A stretch of DNA of 64,000 nt from Paraspadella gotoi (lineage: Eukaryota > Animalia > Chaetognatha): contig CM119267.1 in the NCBI GenBank assembly GCA_051294375.1, positions 20,901,755 through 20,965,754 of the forward strand, in the 5' to 3' direction. Shown in pieces: positions 1-13,415 of the stretch. How positions within the stretch are numbered: position 1 is the first letter of the stretch; every line of letters starts with the position of its first letter. A program made the position numbers and the translations under genes. The notes beneath the pieces are model-generated. The model had not been told where the DNA came from. It worked only from the letters and a program-made list of their open reading frames with translations, and did no database searches.

Positions 1-990
1 GGGAGGAGAAAGGAGGCAGGACAAAGTGACAAAGACAGGGCAAAGTGTGAAGCGGTGGAGTGGGACGGTGTGAGATTAAGAAAGAAGGGATAAGAAAAAA
101 GAATTTGTACATTTTCGTATGAGTGATAAATTAGTACATTGTAAAACCAGTATGCGTGGTACCAACACAGAGTTTAAATGCATTGCCATTCTAAAAAAAT
201 TCGTTCGCAATTTTGTAGGAGATACTATAATATTATGTATTTTGTTGCATTTAATCGGTTTTTATAAAATTAGTACTACCAATATAAAAATATCCATTAA
301 TTTGATAAATAAGCTGACTTTGGACAGGCTATGGTGGTTTAAGGCCTCCACCACTCTGACAAATTAATGACATTGGAGGTCTCTGNNNNNNNNNNNNNNN
401 NNNNNNNNNNNNNNNNNNNNNNNNNNNNNNNNNNNNNNNNNNNNNNNNNNNNNNNNNNNNNNNNNNNNNNNNNNNNNNNNNNNNNNNNNNNNNNNNNNNN
501 NNNNNNNNNNNNNNNNNNNNNNNNNNNNNNNNNNNNNNNNNNNNNNNNNNNNNNNNNNNNNNNNNNNNNNNNTCACTTCCAGAATACCTGGCTTTCCTAT
601 CAATGAAATTTTAAAGTATTTCAAAGAATGTTGAAATTGCAGTATTAAATCGAGGAATATTATAATGTACTCCGCACTAGCATCAAAATACAAGTAGCTA
701 AATTTTACGAAATCGAAACAACCAATATAAACTCATCCATTCATTTGATAAATAAGCTAATCCGTTTGCATCTTTTCAACTCAGAGATTAATCGTTGAAA
801 TTGTATAACTGCGAAACTCTGTTTCCAACCCTCTTACCAGTGAGATTACTTCTCGCACAACATAAAGCATCCGACGCGAAAAACCCGTTTGCATCTTTTC
901 AAACGGAGACAAATTGAAAATCTCGTCGGTGGGGAATCTCGATTCTCGAGTTGGCAACGAACCGACTCGTTCGAGGTCGTCGGCGCGACT
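1..990 (+). repeat. Copy 1 of a ~0.8-1 kb direct duplication (copy 2 at 7487-8313)
   Basis: Colinear near-identity from GGAGAAAGGAGGCAGGACAAAGTGAC through GAATTTGTACATTTTCGTATGAGTGATAAATTAGTACATTG to GGAGACAAATTGAAAATCTCGT. Differences are mostly small indels. The N gap at 386-572 corresponds to only a few tens of bases in copy 2. Confidence 0.9.
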
Positions 991-1994
991 CTCATTTTTT
1001 TTTCTCCCTAATCGCGCTCGGTTAAAGGCGACCTCACGGCGTCACGCAGTCCGTCTCCTCTTTTTTTTCTCCTGTTTTTCTTTCCATTAATTTTTTTCTT
1101 TTTTCCCCCCCATTTTTCTTAAGAATGTGAAAATTGCTTTCGACTTTCAAGGGAAAAAAAAAGGCATTAGGATTGAGTTGAGGGAATAAGAAAGTCGTTT
1201 TGTCGATAAAAACACAGTTTTTTTTTTTTCGAAAGTATTTTTTTTCTTTCCTTTCAAGTTTTAAAGTTAAATTTTAAACTTCATGATTAATATACAATCA
1301 GTGTTCTGTTAAAACGTAAATGTGCATTTTTTATATAGTTAAGTTCGAATTAAAGAGAAACCTAAATCACCTATACTATCTATAAATACCTATAACACCA
1401 ATCTCTATTAAAGCTGACCCCAAAATGACCAAACAAACAAAATCGGAGAAAACGACTGATTCGAAGGCTTCGCGCGGGCGCAGCCATCTTGATCCACGGC
1501 GTTCGTCCAACGACGTCGAGTGACGTTACGCAGGCCGTAGAAAATAAACGATTGAAAAAAAAAAAAAACAAAAAAAAAACAAAACAATGAAAACCAAATA
1601 AAAAACCAACAAACAAAACAAATCAAAAGACGAAGAGAAAACGAGAGAAAACAAAATACAACGACTCCTCGAAACCTGGAACTAAAAACGATCCCATACC
1701 CACAAGCCTTCGACGTTTTACCATTCTTCCTAATACCTCCACCAGCCCAATCAGTCTTCCAATTTCCCATCCCATCTTCCACACTCCAACTTCCCACCTC
1801 TCTGCCCATCTTCTTATTTAAATCTCTTCTCCCTTCCCATCTGCCGATCTTTTCCCATTCCCATCTCTCGTTCCCATCCATCTTCCAGTTTCATCTGCCC
1901 ATCCCATCTTCCCATTTCCCATCTGCCAATCGCTCTTCCCATTCCCATTGCCCATCTTCCCCTTACCCTCATCTCTCTCACACCCCCTCCCGAC

Positions 1995-2118
1995 CTTTTG
2001 CATGGGCGGAGACTGTCTCGCAAGACCGTGCCGGTGAGCAGAGACGAGACGGTCCCTCGAGTTGCCTCGGCGAAAAGTACGAATCGTCCGCTCGACTCGG
2101 TCGTCGGGCCTCGGCCAT
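1995..2118 (-). CDS. Possible first coding exon of an unknown gene (MAEA...)
   Basis: ATG in a CAAGATGGCC context within a GC/CpG-rich island, ending at a candidate donor AAG|GTCGGG. Frame uncertain and no recognised homology. Confidence 0.22.
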
Positions 2119-2969
2119 CTTGACCGGACCAGACGACGCGAACCAGGCGCGATCGCGAGTCGAACGCGAACTCAACGCGGAGCATTGAAACCCGAACTCG
2201 AACGCGAGACTTGAACGCGACCCTCGACGCGACCGACGACCCGGCGACCGAGCGTGGCCGCACGAGATCCAAAGAAGAGCCGCGTACCGCGCGGATATTG
2301 GGAGGGATGTCGCCGGAGATTCCGCCGATCGGAAGACGATGGCGCGAGGAACGAAAACAGAGGAGAGGGCGGCGGGTAAACCAATCAGTAACCAATCAAT
2401 CAATCAATCTCTTACACGAGCTCAGTAAATCAGCCAATATATAAATTTATCGACAATCAATGACTCGATAAATCGATCGGTCAATCAATCGGCTTCGATC
2501 GGCCCCATCAATAATCAAATTTTGAGTCAAGCGCAGCAATGCTTCGATTTAAGTTGGTATTAATCCAAACAACATTAAAATATGGAATCCTATTTTAAAA
2601 TTGCACGATCGATCTCTGGGTTATAATGATTAAGATTCATAGTCTATTAAATTACTCAAATTCGTCTAATCAAATCAGTCATAAAATTTTTTTTTCCCGC
2701 CAGCCAAGAATTCGTTGCGTCGCTTGACTCGACTTCGAAGCTCCAACACTTCGTCGAATCCGATCGATACGGATCAGGAGAAAGGCTGAGACGTCACGGC
2801 ACTTGGGGCGGCGCTTGGGAGGTTCGCCACGATCCGACGTGACGCAGATGCGAGATGACGTGTCACGAGACGAACTTTACCATATCCAATACTTTTTAAA
2901 ATTTCCTTACCTTTTCCACCTCGCCCTTTTCCCGAATAAGGCGACCCGACCTCTACTCTCTATCCCTAG

Positions 2970-3270
2970 ATTCGCGTCCAAAAGGCATCTGCGAAAATTA
3001 CTCAACTGAGGAAGAAACTCAGAAAAAATTCGGAGTCTGCACCATCGATCCGTCACGGATTCAGCAGCCGCCGCGAGCAGCAAGCAGCAAAAATTCAGCC
3101 TCAGAGGAGCAACAGGAGGAGCAGAAGCACGCCGGAGGAGCGGCAGCAAGCAGCAGCCGTCAAAAGTCGAACAGAAACAACAGATTCAACGTCGCAGAAG
3201 AATCAATTTGAAGCGAATGGAAAAATCGGGCGACCGTTCACCATTGCCAGCACGCCGAGGAAGATTGAGG
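2970..3270 (+). CDS. Probable internal exon, Lys/Arg/Gln-rich, unknown protein
   Basis: Pyrimidine tract plus TAG acceptor (CTCTCTATCCCTAG), then ~100 stop-free codons with no Met (IRVQKASAKITQLRKKLRKNSESAPS...GKIGRPFTIASTPRKIE). No canonical donor is visible where it meets the GA-repeat tract. Confidence 0.4.
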
Positions 3271-3937
3271 GGCGGGCGGAGGAGAGAGAGAGAGATAAAG
3301 AGAGAGAGGAGGATTTCCGGTAGATGAGAGAGAAGGAGACTGACGAATGATGAAGAGAGAAGAAGAGAAAAGCGACGAGAGAGAGAAGAGAGAGATGAGA
3401 AGATCAATCGAACTATATCGCACCTTATGAAAATTTTCACAACGCTGTTCAAAACTTGAGTTGTTTCATTTATTCATATTGATAATGGAAAAAAAAATCT
3501 ATTTATGCTTAAAAGTGACCGAGAGAGAAGAGAGAAGAGAGAGACGAAGAGAGACGAGAGAGAGAAGAGAGAGAACTCGAAGAAAGAGAGAGAGAGGACG
3601 AGAAGAGAGATAGAAGAGAGAGAGAGAGATGAACCTCATGAATTAATCGTTATTTATACCATTCCACAAGTTTTCTTCTTCTCCTTATTCTTTTTCTCTT
3701 CCTGTTTCCTCCCTTTCTTTTCCCTCTTTTATGTCTTTTCTCTCTCATCTTTTTCCACTCATTTTTAAAGAAAGAAAACTTTCCTTTTTCCTTTTCTTTC
3801 TAAACACGATCTGCTCTTTCTTTCCTTCCCATGTTTTATATCTCATGCTACATCTCCTCATTTTTTTTCTCTCTCTTCCTTCCATCTCTCTTTCTTCTAT
3901 CTTACTTCTTCTAATACTAATCTTCTTTTCGCCGAAG

Positions 3938-4065
3938 ATGGAAGAAACGTCTTATGCAAAGAGATTTTTATTCAAAGCGCCGACGCCGCTCCGCCTGCCG
4001 CCCACGCCGCCCCGGCGCCGTCGACGAGGACTTCCGGCCGCCGTAATGATGAACGGCGCGATTAA
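3938..4065 (+). CDS. Possible terminal exon (DGRNVLCKEIFIQSADAAPP...RRD*); alternatively an ATG-started frame running to 4144
   Basis: CTAAT branch-like motifs and TCTTCTTTTCGCCGAAG acceptor, followed by an abrupt shift to GC-rich sequence. Frame ambiguous. Confidence 0.3.
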
Positions 4066-4499
4066 CAAGAAAACATCGTCTCTGTTTGCAACCAGTCATT
4101 ATTCTTCGTCTTCGCTCGTCGGCTGGTTTCTTACATTCCGTTAAAAACCTCGGTTTGCAATTGTTTTACAATCGGTCGGTTGGTCTTCGGACGTTGTCTC
4201 TGTTTCTGGCACATTGCGTTTTTTTATTTATCGAGATGTCACAATTGAATCCATGCCCTAAATCGTCTGTTCCTCTCGTCGTGTCGATTCGGCTGTTGTT
4301 GTCTTTGGCTGTTGTCTCGTGCGTGGGCTGACGTCCTCGATTTTCTTTATTTATTCGTCGTCGTCGTCGTCGTCGTCGGTCGTCGTCTGTCGTTTCGTCG
4401 TCGTCGCTTCCAATTTTTCGCCATTCTTCCTTCTTATACGTCGCCGTTATCACTTCATAAATTATAAAGGGAAAAGAAAAACAACGACGACGACAGTGA

Positions 4500-5030
4500 C
4501 GACGACACGACCGATGGCGAATAGGCGTCTAAGGACAACGATCCGACCGACAATGACGACGGCGAATATGGGCCACATAGACAACGACGATGACATGACG
4601 CGGCGAATATGGCGCCAAAGACAAACGACGACGACCAACGACGATGGCGAAATATGGTGCCTAATGCAAACAACGACGACAAATGACGAAGACGAATATG
4701 CGCCAAGACAACGAAGACGACAATGACAACGGGCGAATACGGGCGGCCAAAGACAACAACGACCACACGACGTGATTGAACTTGCACCGCAAGATGACGA
4801 CGAGAGAGCAAAAATGTCTACAATTGATGCATGATGGCTATGACACAATGGTAGCCAAAGGACATGGACCGACCAGCGACAATCACGAAGACAACAATGA
4901 TGGACTACAATTACGACTAACTACGACGATTATGGCGCCAAAAAGACGACGACGACCAAATGACGACGACGAAATATGGCGCCCAAGACAGACCACAATG
5001 ACGCCGACAATGACGACGACGACATCTTCA
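4500..5030 (+). repeat. Degenerate ~42-45 bp minisatellite, consensus approximately GACGACGGCGAATATGGCGCCAAAGACAACGACGACGACAAT
   Basis: The core GGCGAATATGGCGCCAAAGAC recurs with variants near 4517, 4561, 4602, 4647, 4692, 4732, 4930 and 4970. Confidence 0.8.
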
Positions 5031-6670
5031 CGAGAAAACCAACGGAGGCCTCAATAACTAAAATGGAATTACCCTGCTCCGAGCCACTAAGTCAACAAAT
5101 CTGACTCAGGGAAGAAAATATTAATAAAAAATACATACAGCGACAAAACGACGCGAACGACGACGACCGACGCACGAAGGCAACAATAAACATTTATCTT
5201 CCCGCGGACGGAAGATTTCTTGAAGACAGGCAATCGAAGAGAGGAACGACCCGCCATTGATACTGACGGGCAAAAAACGACCAGTGTCATTAGAGGGACG
5301 ATGAGATGATGACGACGACGAAGAACGACGCTCTCAAGATGAATGATGATTATAAGTTAAATAATCATTCCAGGATACGAATAATTTCGATGATTGATGA
5401 TGCATCGATGACGAAGAATGAAAAGGTGACAATGTGTCTAAAATTCTCACATGACCAACAGATTCCAAAGAAAAAAAAGCTGATCGAATTTTGCTCTGTC
5501 GATGTTTTTTTTTCGTTGTACATTGAGAGGTTAACTTATGTCAACATATTTTGCGAGAACCAAAATGACCAAGTCGACGACGACGACGACCGACGACGAC
5601 GATCTGACGGAAAGCTTAAGCGTCGAAACGGAAGGAAAACAAGACAGAGACCATCTCGACACGCAGCGAGACAGCAAGACGCGGATTGTTGAGACTCGGT
5701 AGAGAGGGAGCACGAAATCTCAGGAGGTGAAAAGGTCAAGGAGCCTGGGATGGGATACCAAGCCCGGCTTGAGGCTATAGGGTCCAGTAGGGTGAGGCTG
5801 ACTGAGGTGGGCGTGGTGCTCGACAGAGGAAGAACGTCCCAACGAAAATAGGAAAGTCTTGCGATAGACTCAGAGTTGGACATCAAGATGGTAAACAAGA
5901 TTGGAATCTGATAAAATCGGAGTGGATGCGGGATTTGAAATCGGATTTGATCGCAACTTGGATGGAATCAAGATCGAAATAATGATGGCACTCGAGTTGA
6001 ATCGCTGAGACATGTGATCGGGATGGAATCGAGATGAAATCGTGACCGGGCCTGAATCCGGGATGGAATAGATGTGGAATTGAAGCTATCTTCGAGCCGA
6101 AAGAACGAATAATTCTTAGGAATATGACTGGAATGTGGGAGCAAAGGGGGGAAGGGGGCGGAGCTGAACGAGGAAATTGTGCAGTAGACGAAAAAAGAAA
6201 TGACTTAGATGACACTTGATATTAGAAAGTTTTGAAACTAAGAAAGAAGTGGTATAATGTACAAAGAAATGTTTAGAAATAAATGACAGAAGGAACAAAG
6301 ACATAAAAACCGTTCGGCATTTAATTAAGAATTGACAACATTAAAAGAAAGTGCTATAGTTTAAAATTAGACATCTTTGCTCCTCCTTAGTCGTTCGTCC
6401 AATTCAGAAATCTCTTTGTCTCCCATCTTCTTCGTTCTTTGCCCTTCGTCACCAATCATCACACGGTCGCGCAGAGTCTCGCTTTTGTCAGTATCGCTCC
6501 TGTCAGTCCTGTTTCCCTTCGTCGGCTACGATTTTCGTCTGTCCTTCGGACCGAATGGTTTACTCCCGATTCTAATTTAAAATCGATTAGAATCGAAGAA
6601 ATCAAAAACTTTTTTTTTCTTTAGGATAAACGTCTTTAATTCTCGAGCTCCAGATTCGAAATTAGGTTAC

Positions 6671-6708
<38 letters not shown>

Positions 6709-7486
6709 TCTCTCTTCTCTCGTCCTTCTGTCTCTCTCTCTCTTCTCTCTCTCTCCTCTCTCCTCTTCCTCTCTCTTGTCTCTCTCTCTCTTTTCGCTCT
6801 CTCTTCTGTTTCGTAAAGCGATGCAATATCCTCATTCAATTCTCCTTTGGAAATTTTCTTCGAGCCCGAATCAGTCTCTGAATGCCTTTCTTTTCTTTAC
6901 TTTTCTCGTCCTTTCTTTTTTCTTCTCTCTTTTTCATTATTTATTTCTTTTCTTTCTTCTTTCTTTCTTTCTTTCTTCTTTCTTTCTTTCTTTCTTTTTT
7001 CTTTCTTCCTTTCTTCTTTTTTCCTTCCTTCTTTCATTATTTCCTTCTTCTATTCTCTCCTCCCTCCCTCCTTCCCTAACTAAGCCATGTTCTTTTTTTC
7101 TCCATTTCCGTTAAAGAAGCGGGGGAAAATAATGAAATGTCACCTCTGTTCTCACAAGATCATCCCTGGAGCTCCCCCCGCCTTCCCGCCCCCCAAGTTT
7201 TCCTTTTGTCGTTCGTGTTATAGTCATTTCGCCAACCAATTAAAAATAAAAACAAAAAAAATGAGAACAAACAAAAGACGTTGACGGCGGAGTGATCGGA
7301 TCGTGACAGAGAGATTCATGAAAGGAAAATTTCGCGAAGACAAACTTTCAAAGGACAGCGATGAGAACATGAGAGAGAGAGAGGAGAGAACGAGATGGAG
7401 AAGGAGGAGACGGTTACTGGCACGAGAGAGAGAGAGGAAAAGGAGAGAGGAGAGAGAGAGTGGAGAGAGAGAAGAAAACAATATTC

Positions 7487-8313
7487 GGGAGGGAGAAAGG
7501 AGGCAGGACAAAGTGACCAAAGAAGGGCAAAGTGTGAAGCGTGGAGTGGACGGATTCCTGTGAGATTTAGAAAGAAGGAATAAGAAAAAAAGGAATTTGT
7601 ACATTTTCGTATGAGTGATAAATTAGTACATTGTAAAAACAGTTATGTGGGTACCAACACAGGTTTAAATGCATTGCTATTCTAAAAAAATTCTGTTCGC
7701 AATTTTGTAGGAGATACTATAAATATTATGTATGTCAATGCATTTAATCGGTTTTATAAATAGTACTACCAATATAAAATTATCCATTAATTTGTAAATA
7801 AGCTGACTTGGACGGTATGGTGGTTTAAGCCTCCACCACTCTGACAAATTAATGACATTGGAGGCTCTGCAAGATTCAATCAAGGATCTCTCACGTCTAG
7901 TTTATTCACTTCCAGGAATACCCTGGCTTTCCTATCAATGAAATTTTAAAGTATTTTCAAAGAATTGTTTGAAATTGCAGTATTAAATCGAGGATACTTA
8001 AATGATTACTCGCACTAGCATCAAAATACAGAGTAGCTAAATTTTACGAAATCGAAACAACCAATATAAAACTCATTCCATTCAATTTGAAAATAAGTAA
8101 TCCGTTAGATCTTTTCAACTCAGGAGATTAATCGTTTGAATGTATACTGCGAAACTCTGTTTCCAACTTTACCATGAGATTATTCCGACAAACATAAAGC
8201 ATCCGACGGCGAAACCCGTTTGCATCTTTCAACGGAGACAAATTGAAAATCTCGTGGTTGGGGAAATCTCTGATTCGAGTGCAACGACCGACTCTTCAGG
8301 TCGTCGCGGACTC
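7487..8313 (+). repeat. Copy 2 of the direct duplication of 1-990
   Basis: Same sequence as 1-990 with scattered indels; ends shortly before the 25-N gap at 8555-8579. Confidence 0.9.
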
Positions 8314-8515
8314 GTTCGAAATACCTTTCTTTCCTCTCGGCCGAGTCTGTTCTCTGCTTGAAGAACCTTTTTGTTGAAAGATGCTTAGTTAAATCTTTCT
8401 TTTATAATGTTTTTTTTTTATAATCGTTCTCATTCTTTTTTGTCCACACTTCCTCCCGAATTAATCCTTCCCGTTTGAACTTACCGAAGGCACGCAAATG
8501 AAAGAATCGTATTCA

Positions 8516-8546
<31 letters not shown>

Positions 8547-8579
8547 CTCTCTCTNNNNNNNNNNNNNNNNNNNNNNNNN

Positions 8580-8614
<35 letters not shown>

Positions 8615-8841
8615 TTTCTCTTTTTCTCCACGTTCAGTTTAAATGATATCCCCCCAGATCATAATATCCAGCTCCCTGGCATCAATCTAATCCTTGTTCC
8701 AAGAACTTCCATCCTCAACCCACGATACTCCTCTCCCCTTTAAGGTTATACCCTCATTTCCTAATCTCACCTCCTTACCCATTAACCCCGCTACATTCTC
8801 GTGATTAACGGCCAAGGTTGTTCGCTCCGTCGCGCCCTACG

Positions 8842-8872
<31 letters not shown>

Positions 8873-10619
8873 AACTCTTTTTCTCCCTTTTTCTCAATTA
8901 GAACACGCTCTCTAGTACTACAGCGCGCTTTGAATAAATCTACTTTTTAAAATTACTCCTTGAACGAAAAAAAAACATGAGAATGTCAGTGCATTTAATA
9001 AGTTAGTTAGACTACTCAAGGAATACTAAATTCTAGAAAAAAAAAAAAACGCCGGAAAAAAATTTGAAAAAACTTTGTGTAATGATATATGACGTAGCAA
9101 TTTAAGTTCATGAACAAAATTAAATTTAGATTAAATGAGAACCCCGGTGTTTGACTTGCCTCACTTGCCTCACTGACTGATTTTAAATATGGCGACGATC
9201 GAGGTTTTAAAAGCTGTTTGTTTATTATATATAATTAAAAGGAGATGAGTACGCAAAAACATTCGGTTCGTTTGTAAACAAACGAGGATAAAAGGATAAA
9301 ACAAAGCGGTGCTAAAACCGTTCGACGACAGAGGCAACTAAAGATTATACAAATTTACATTCAAACGTGATTTAAAAAAACCCAGATAGCCTCGGCGCCC
9401 TTTTCCTTTTCCAAATCATTCCTCAACGCGAATCGGGAAGCTTGAGACCAAGATGTCGAATCTTCGGCCATCGGACGTCGAGCCGTTCTCCCCACAAGGC
9501 GACGCACGCTTTGAGCACCACGAACACATACAATCCATTTTTTTCCTCTTTTCCCCCCCCGTTTAACTAAAATAGCTTGTTAACTAAAATAGCTTGTTTT
9601 TTTCTTTTGTTGTCTAAATATTTATCAATTTAATCGTTTATTAATATGAAGCTGTGTTCGTATGTTTTGTCGTAAAACAAAAGTATTTTTCTTTAAATAA
9701 GATGACACTTTCCCTATTCCCTCTCAGATTTTTTCTCGTCGTAATCTGGTCCCGTTTATCAAATATCCGTCGGGTAATAAAAACTTGAGAACCTCGAAGA
9801 TTATGTTCGACAACGACGACAATGACGACGACGACGACGACGTTCTTGCCCTCTAAAATGACCGACCATTAAGCGTTGACCTCTCGACCTTTCGACCTGT
9901 CGGAACCTTCGTTTTATTTTCGATGCGATCTCATCTTTTGTTATGGAAATCCTATTTTGTCTTTATCGATCCTTTGCAAAAAAAAAAAACATCTGAGTTT
10001 ATCATCACCCGTTTTTTTTTTTATCACGACTTTTTAACAGAGAGAGCTTCGCACGGATGTGAACGCGCGAGGTGATAAGTGAGAAAATTCGCCCTTTCAG
10101 ATCAGCTATTCCCGCTTCCAAAAATCGTAAAGCGTAACAAAGGGAAAAAGAGAGATTTATCGGGAACTCGCGACTCAGAAAGTCAGGAAATATTTTCTTG
10201 ATTTTTTTTTTTTTTTTTGAAAATAAGATGTGGTGCAAAATGAACTGCCGAGGGCCAAAGGAACATTCTAGTAGCGAAAAGTTTTATAACTCTAAATGAA
10301 ATATCTGAATTAAGGAATTTTGAAAATATTTTCAAATAATGTTGCGACGAATAAAAAAATTAACGAAATTGTTGCCTTATTTTCCCAAAACGTCGCATTT
10401 TTGGAATTGAATAAATATTTTTAGTTAAAGATTCGGTTGGAGGTTAGGGATTAAATAAAATTAAATTAAAGTTAAGATTAAATTCCGGGAAAAAAAGAAC
10501 GGAATTGGGTCGCTCCGGGAAAAGAGGGCCGAATTATTAATTAATTTCAGCAGAATCTTTCCGACGAAAAAAAAGAAAACTTATTTATAAAGTGAAACAA
10601 ACGAGTTTTTAACGAATTA

Positions 10620-10914
10620 GCGCCGCAAACATCGTCGCGAACTTCCGGTCCACAGATTTACGTCATACCGTAATTCAGCTCCGTTACGCGACGCCAGCGG
10701 AAAAAAAAAAATGGGAAAGGAGAGAAAAAGTCAAAACTGCGAAATTTAGTCGACGTCAATTTTCTTTTCTTTTTTTTTTTAAATCTCCATTTCTTTTTTT
10801 AATTTTTTTGCTTAGCTCGATCGTGTGTGTGTGACTCGCTCTCTCTCTTTCTCTCTTTCTCTCCCTCTCTTTTCCCCACTCGCGCATTTATTTTCCCTTT
10901 TTTTATTATCTTCG
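10620..10914 (+). promoter_or_regulatory. Putative promoter and 5' exon region
   Basis: CpG-rich patch with an ETS-type ACTTCCGG and a CRE half-site TACGTCA, followed by a strong donor CG|GTAAGG at ~10914, upstream of the exon at 11100. Confidence 0.3.
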
Positions 10915-11099
10915 GTAAGGTTTACTTACTTTTCTTANNNNNNNNNNNNNNNNNNNNNNNNNNNNNNNNNNNNNNNNNNNNNNNNNNNNNNNNNNNNNNN
11001 NNNNNNNNNNNNNNNNNNNNNNNNNNNNNNNNNNNNNNNNNNNNNNNNNNNNNNNNNNNNNNNNNNNNNNNNNNNNNNNNNNNNNNNNNNNNNNNNNNN

Positions 11100-11195
11100 G
11101 TCATGTTGAGCGTTCGTGGATCGAAATTGGCGAAGGAGGCTCTGGCACGAAACCGATTGGGCGATTCCATAAAAAGTCTTAGACTTTTTTGGGAG
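11100..11195 (+). CDS. Exon fragment between gaps (VMLSVRGSKLAKEALARNRLGDSIKSLRLFWE)
   Basis: Complex stop-free frame ending at GAG|GTCGGT; the 5' end is hidden in an N gap. Confidence 0.45.
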
Positions 11196-11369
11196 GTCGG
11201 TAAAAACATTTTTTTTNNNNNNNNNNNNNNNNNNNNNNNNNNNNNNNNNNNNNNNNNNNNNNNNNNNNNNNNNNNNNNNNNNNNNNNNNNNNNNNNNNNN
11301 NNNNNNNNNNNNNNNNNNNNNNNNNNNNNNNNNNNNNNNNNNNNNNNNNNNNNNNNNNNNNNNNNNNNN

Positions 11370-11400
<31 letters not shown>

Positions 11401-12415
11401 CGTCGTTGGATTTTATGTTCTTTTTTCGTGTGCGCTCGGGCGTGCCCTGGGTACGTGTGATGTAATGGAAAGAGAGAGAGAGAGCGAGAGAGAGAGCGAG
11501 TCTACTTCCGAGGATATTTTTTCCCCTTGCCCCGTTTTTTTCCGTGTCGCTCGCCTCGTTCCTCGGAGCCTTTTTGACTTTGCGTTGTTCGCCCCTTGGT
11601 TCCTTTGTTTCTCTCTTTCGTTTCTCGTTCGGCCGCCAGAGGAGTTTCGACGCTCGGATTTCGGTCCGCATCTGTCGCGATCATCGTCCGGGGAAGAGAG
11701 AGAGAGCGAGACAGAGAGAGGGAGGAGCCTTTTTTTTNNNNNNNNNNNNNNNNNNNNNNNNNNNNNNNNNNNNNNNNNNNNNNNNNNNNNNNNNNNNNNN
11801 NNNNNNNNNNNNNNNNNNNNNNNNNNNNNNNNNNNNNNNNNNNNNNNNNNNNNNNNNNNNNNNNNNNNNNNNNNNNNNNNNNNNNNNNNNNNNNNNNNNN
11901 NNNNNNNNNNNNNNNNNNNNNNNNNNNNNNNNNNNNNNNNNNNNNNNNNNNNNNNNNNNNNNNNNNNNNNNNNNNNNNNNNNNNNNNNNNNNNNNNNNNN
12001 NNNNNNNNNNNNNNNNNNNNNNNNNNNNNNNNNNNNNNNNNNNNNNNNNNNNNNNNNNNNNNNNNNNNNNNNNNNNNNNNNNNNNNNNNNNNNNNNNNNN
12101 NNNNNNNNNNNNNNNNNNNNNNNNNNNNNNNNNNNNNNNNNNNNNNNNNNNNNNNNNNAAAAAAGTCAATTAATTTAAAAAAAAGAAGCTTTTTTGTAGT
12201 GGAGATTAAATTAATCGGAGGCGAGAAGGTTTATTAGTAAAAAAAAAAGAAGGAAAACCAAAACGCGATTTTGTCGTGTTTTTTTTTGTTTTCTCACCTG
12301 GGTGATTTCTTAGTTTTGTCTTCTCTGGGTTTTTTCTTTTTTTCTTTTTTTTTATTTCTTTTTATTAAAAATCGCGGAGGTGGTGGATGTTCGAATTAGC
12401 TGTGAATTGTTGCAG

Positions 12416-12598
12416 TTCGTTCAGCGAGAAAAGACTTGACTGACGCCTTCAGAACAACCGTTGCCATTCCCCGAGTGCGGCGGTGGTAGGGTTGGGGCGG
12501 GAAGAGGGTGAGTTGCGTAAGTTCAAATGTCCGCGGGACGCCGGTTTGAGCGGTTGGGTTGTAAACTCAAAAGTGGCAATCAAGTATCGGGAACTCGG
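12416..12598 (+). CDS. Internal exon, indel-affected, unknown protein
   Basis: TTGTTGCAG acceptor and CGG|GTGAGA donor. The second copy at 13437-13616 reads RSARKDLTDAFRTTVAIP...VVNSKVAIKYREL without a stop. True frame uncertain. Confidence 0.5.
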
Positions 12599-12661
12599 GT
12601 GAGAGAGAGAGAGAGGAAAAATGTCGATTAGAATTAACGGCGGTCAACCGAAAAACGATGA

Positions 12662-12784
<123 letters not shown>

Positions 12785-12785
12785 G

Positions 12786-13036
12786 GATGGCAAAAACACG
12801 ACGAGCAACACCGAAGGCGCCAACTCGTGGAAAGAGGCGTTGGAGACTTTCATGTTCGGCGCAGGGAAACGTCGGACGGCCGGCGTCGCCAGAACGGAAG
12901 GCGCCGGCGCCGATCACGCCGCCTCGGACGCCGCAAAGTTTTCGGCGTCGAAACTGAAGCCGTTGCCGCGGAACGCCGTGACGAGTAAGACGACGACGAC
13001 AACGACGATGCCGGCGACGACGATGACGACGAACAA

Positions 13037-13071
<35 letters not shown>

Positions 13072-13205
13072 CGCCGACGACGCCGAGGCCGGTGCGCGTC
13101 GCCGGACGTCTCGCCGGGCGACGAATCGAGGAGACGGACGCCGGGAAGATAGCCAAAGCCAATCAGGCGAATACAAATATTTTCCCGAGCGGACCAGTAC
13201 ATTGA
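12786..13205 (+). CDS. Terminal exon, low-complexity Thr/Ala-rich (DGKNTTSNTEGANSWKEALETFMFG...PSGPVH*); an alternative frame stops at 12957
   Basis: A long (CT)n tract ends in a CCAG acceptor, followed by a GC-rich open frame to TGA. Confidence 0.55.
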
Positions 13206-13415
13206 ATCGAACTGGTTCGATGTCAAAATGATGGTTATTTGTCAAGAGAAAAAAATGCGAGCCCTTCAGACGTAACAGATCGGAATCGACTGTTTTTACA
13301 TCTATTTTTTACCTGAATTTTTCCCAGGGGCGTTGACATTATTTGGTAGTCAGATTTTTAAACGGAAATCTCCATTGAAAAGTCTTGCTCGATTCTAAGA
13401 ACGACGTAGATCCTA

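Noticed and set aside
5690-5890. Possible coiled-coil or intermediate-filament-like exon ending LDIKM|GTAAAC
   Set aside because: In-frame stops, no acceptor and no diagnostic motif.
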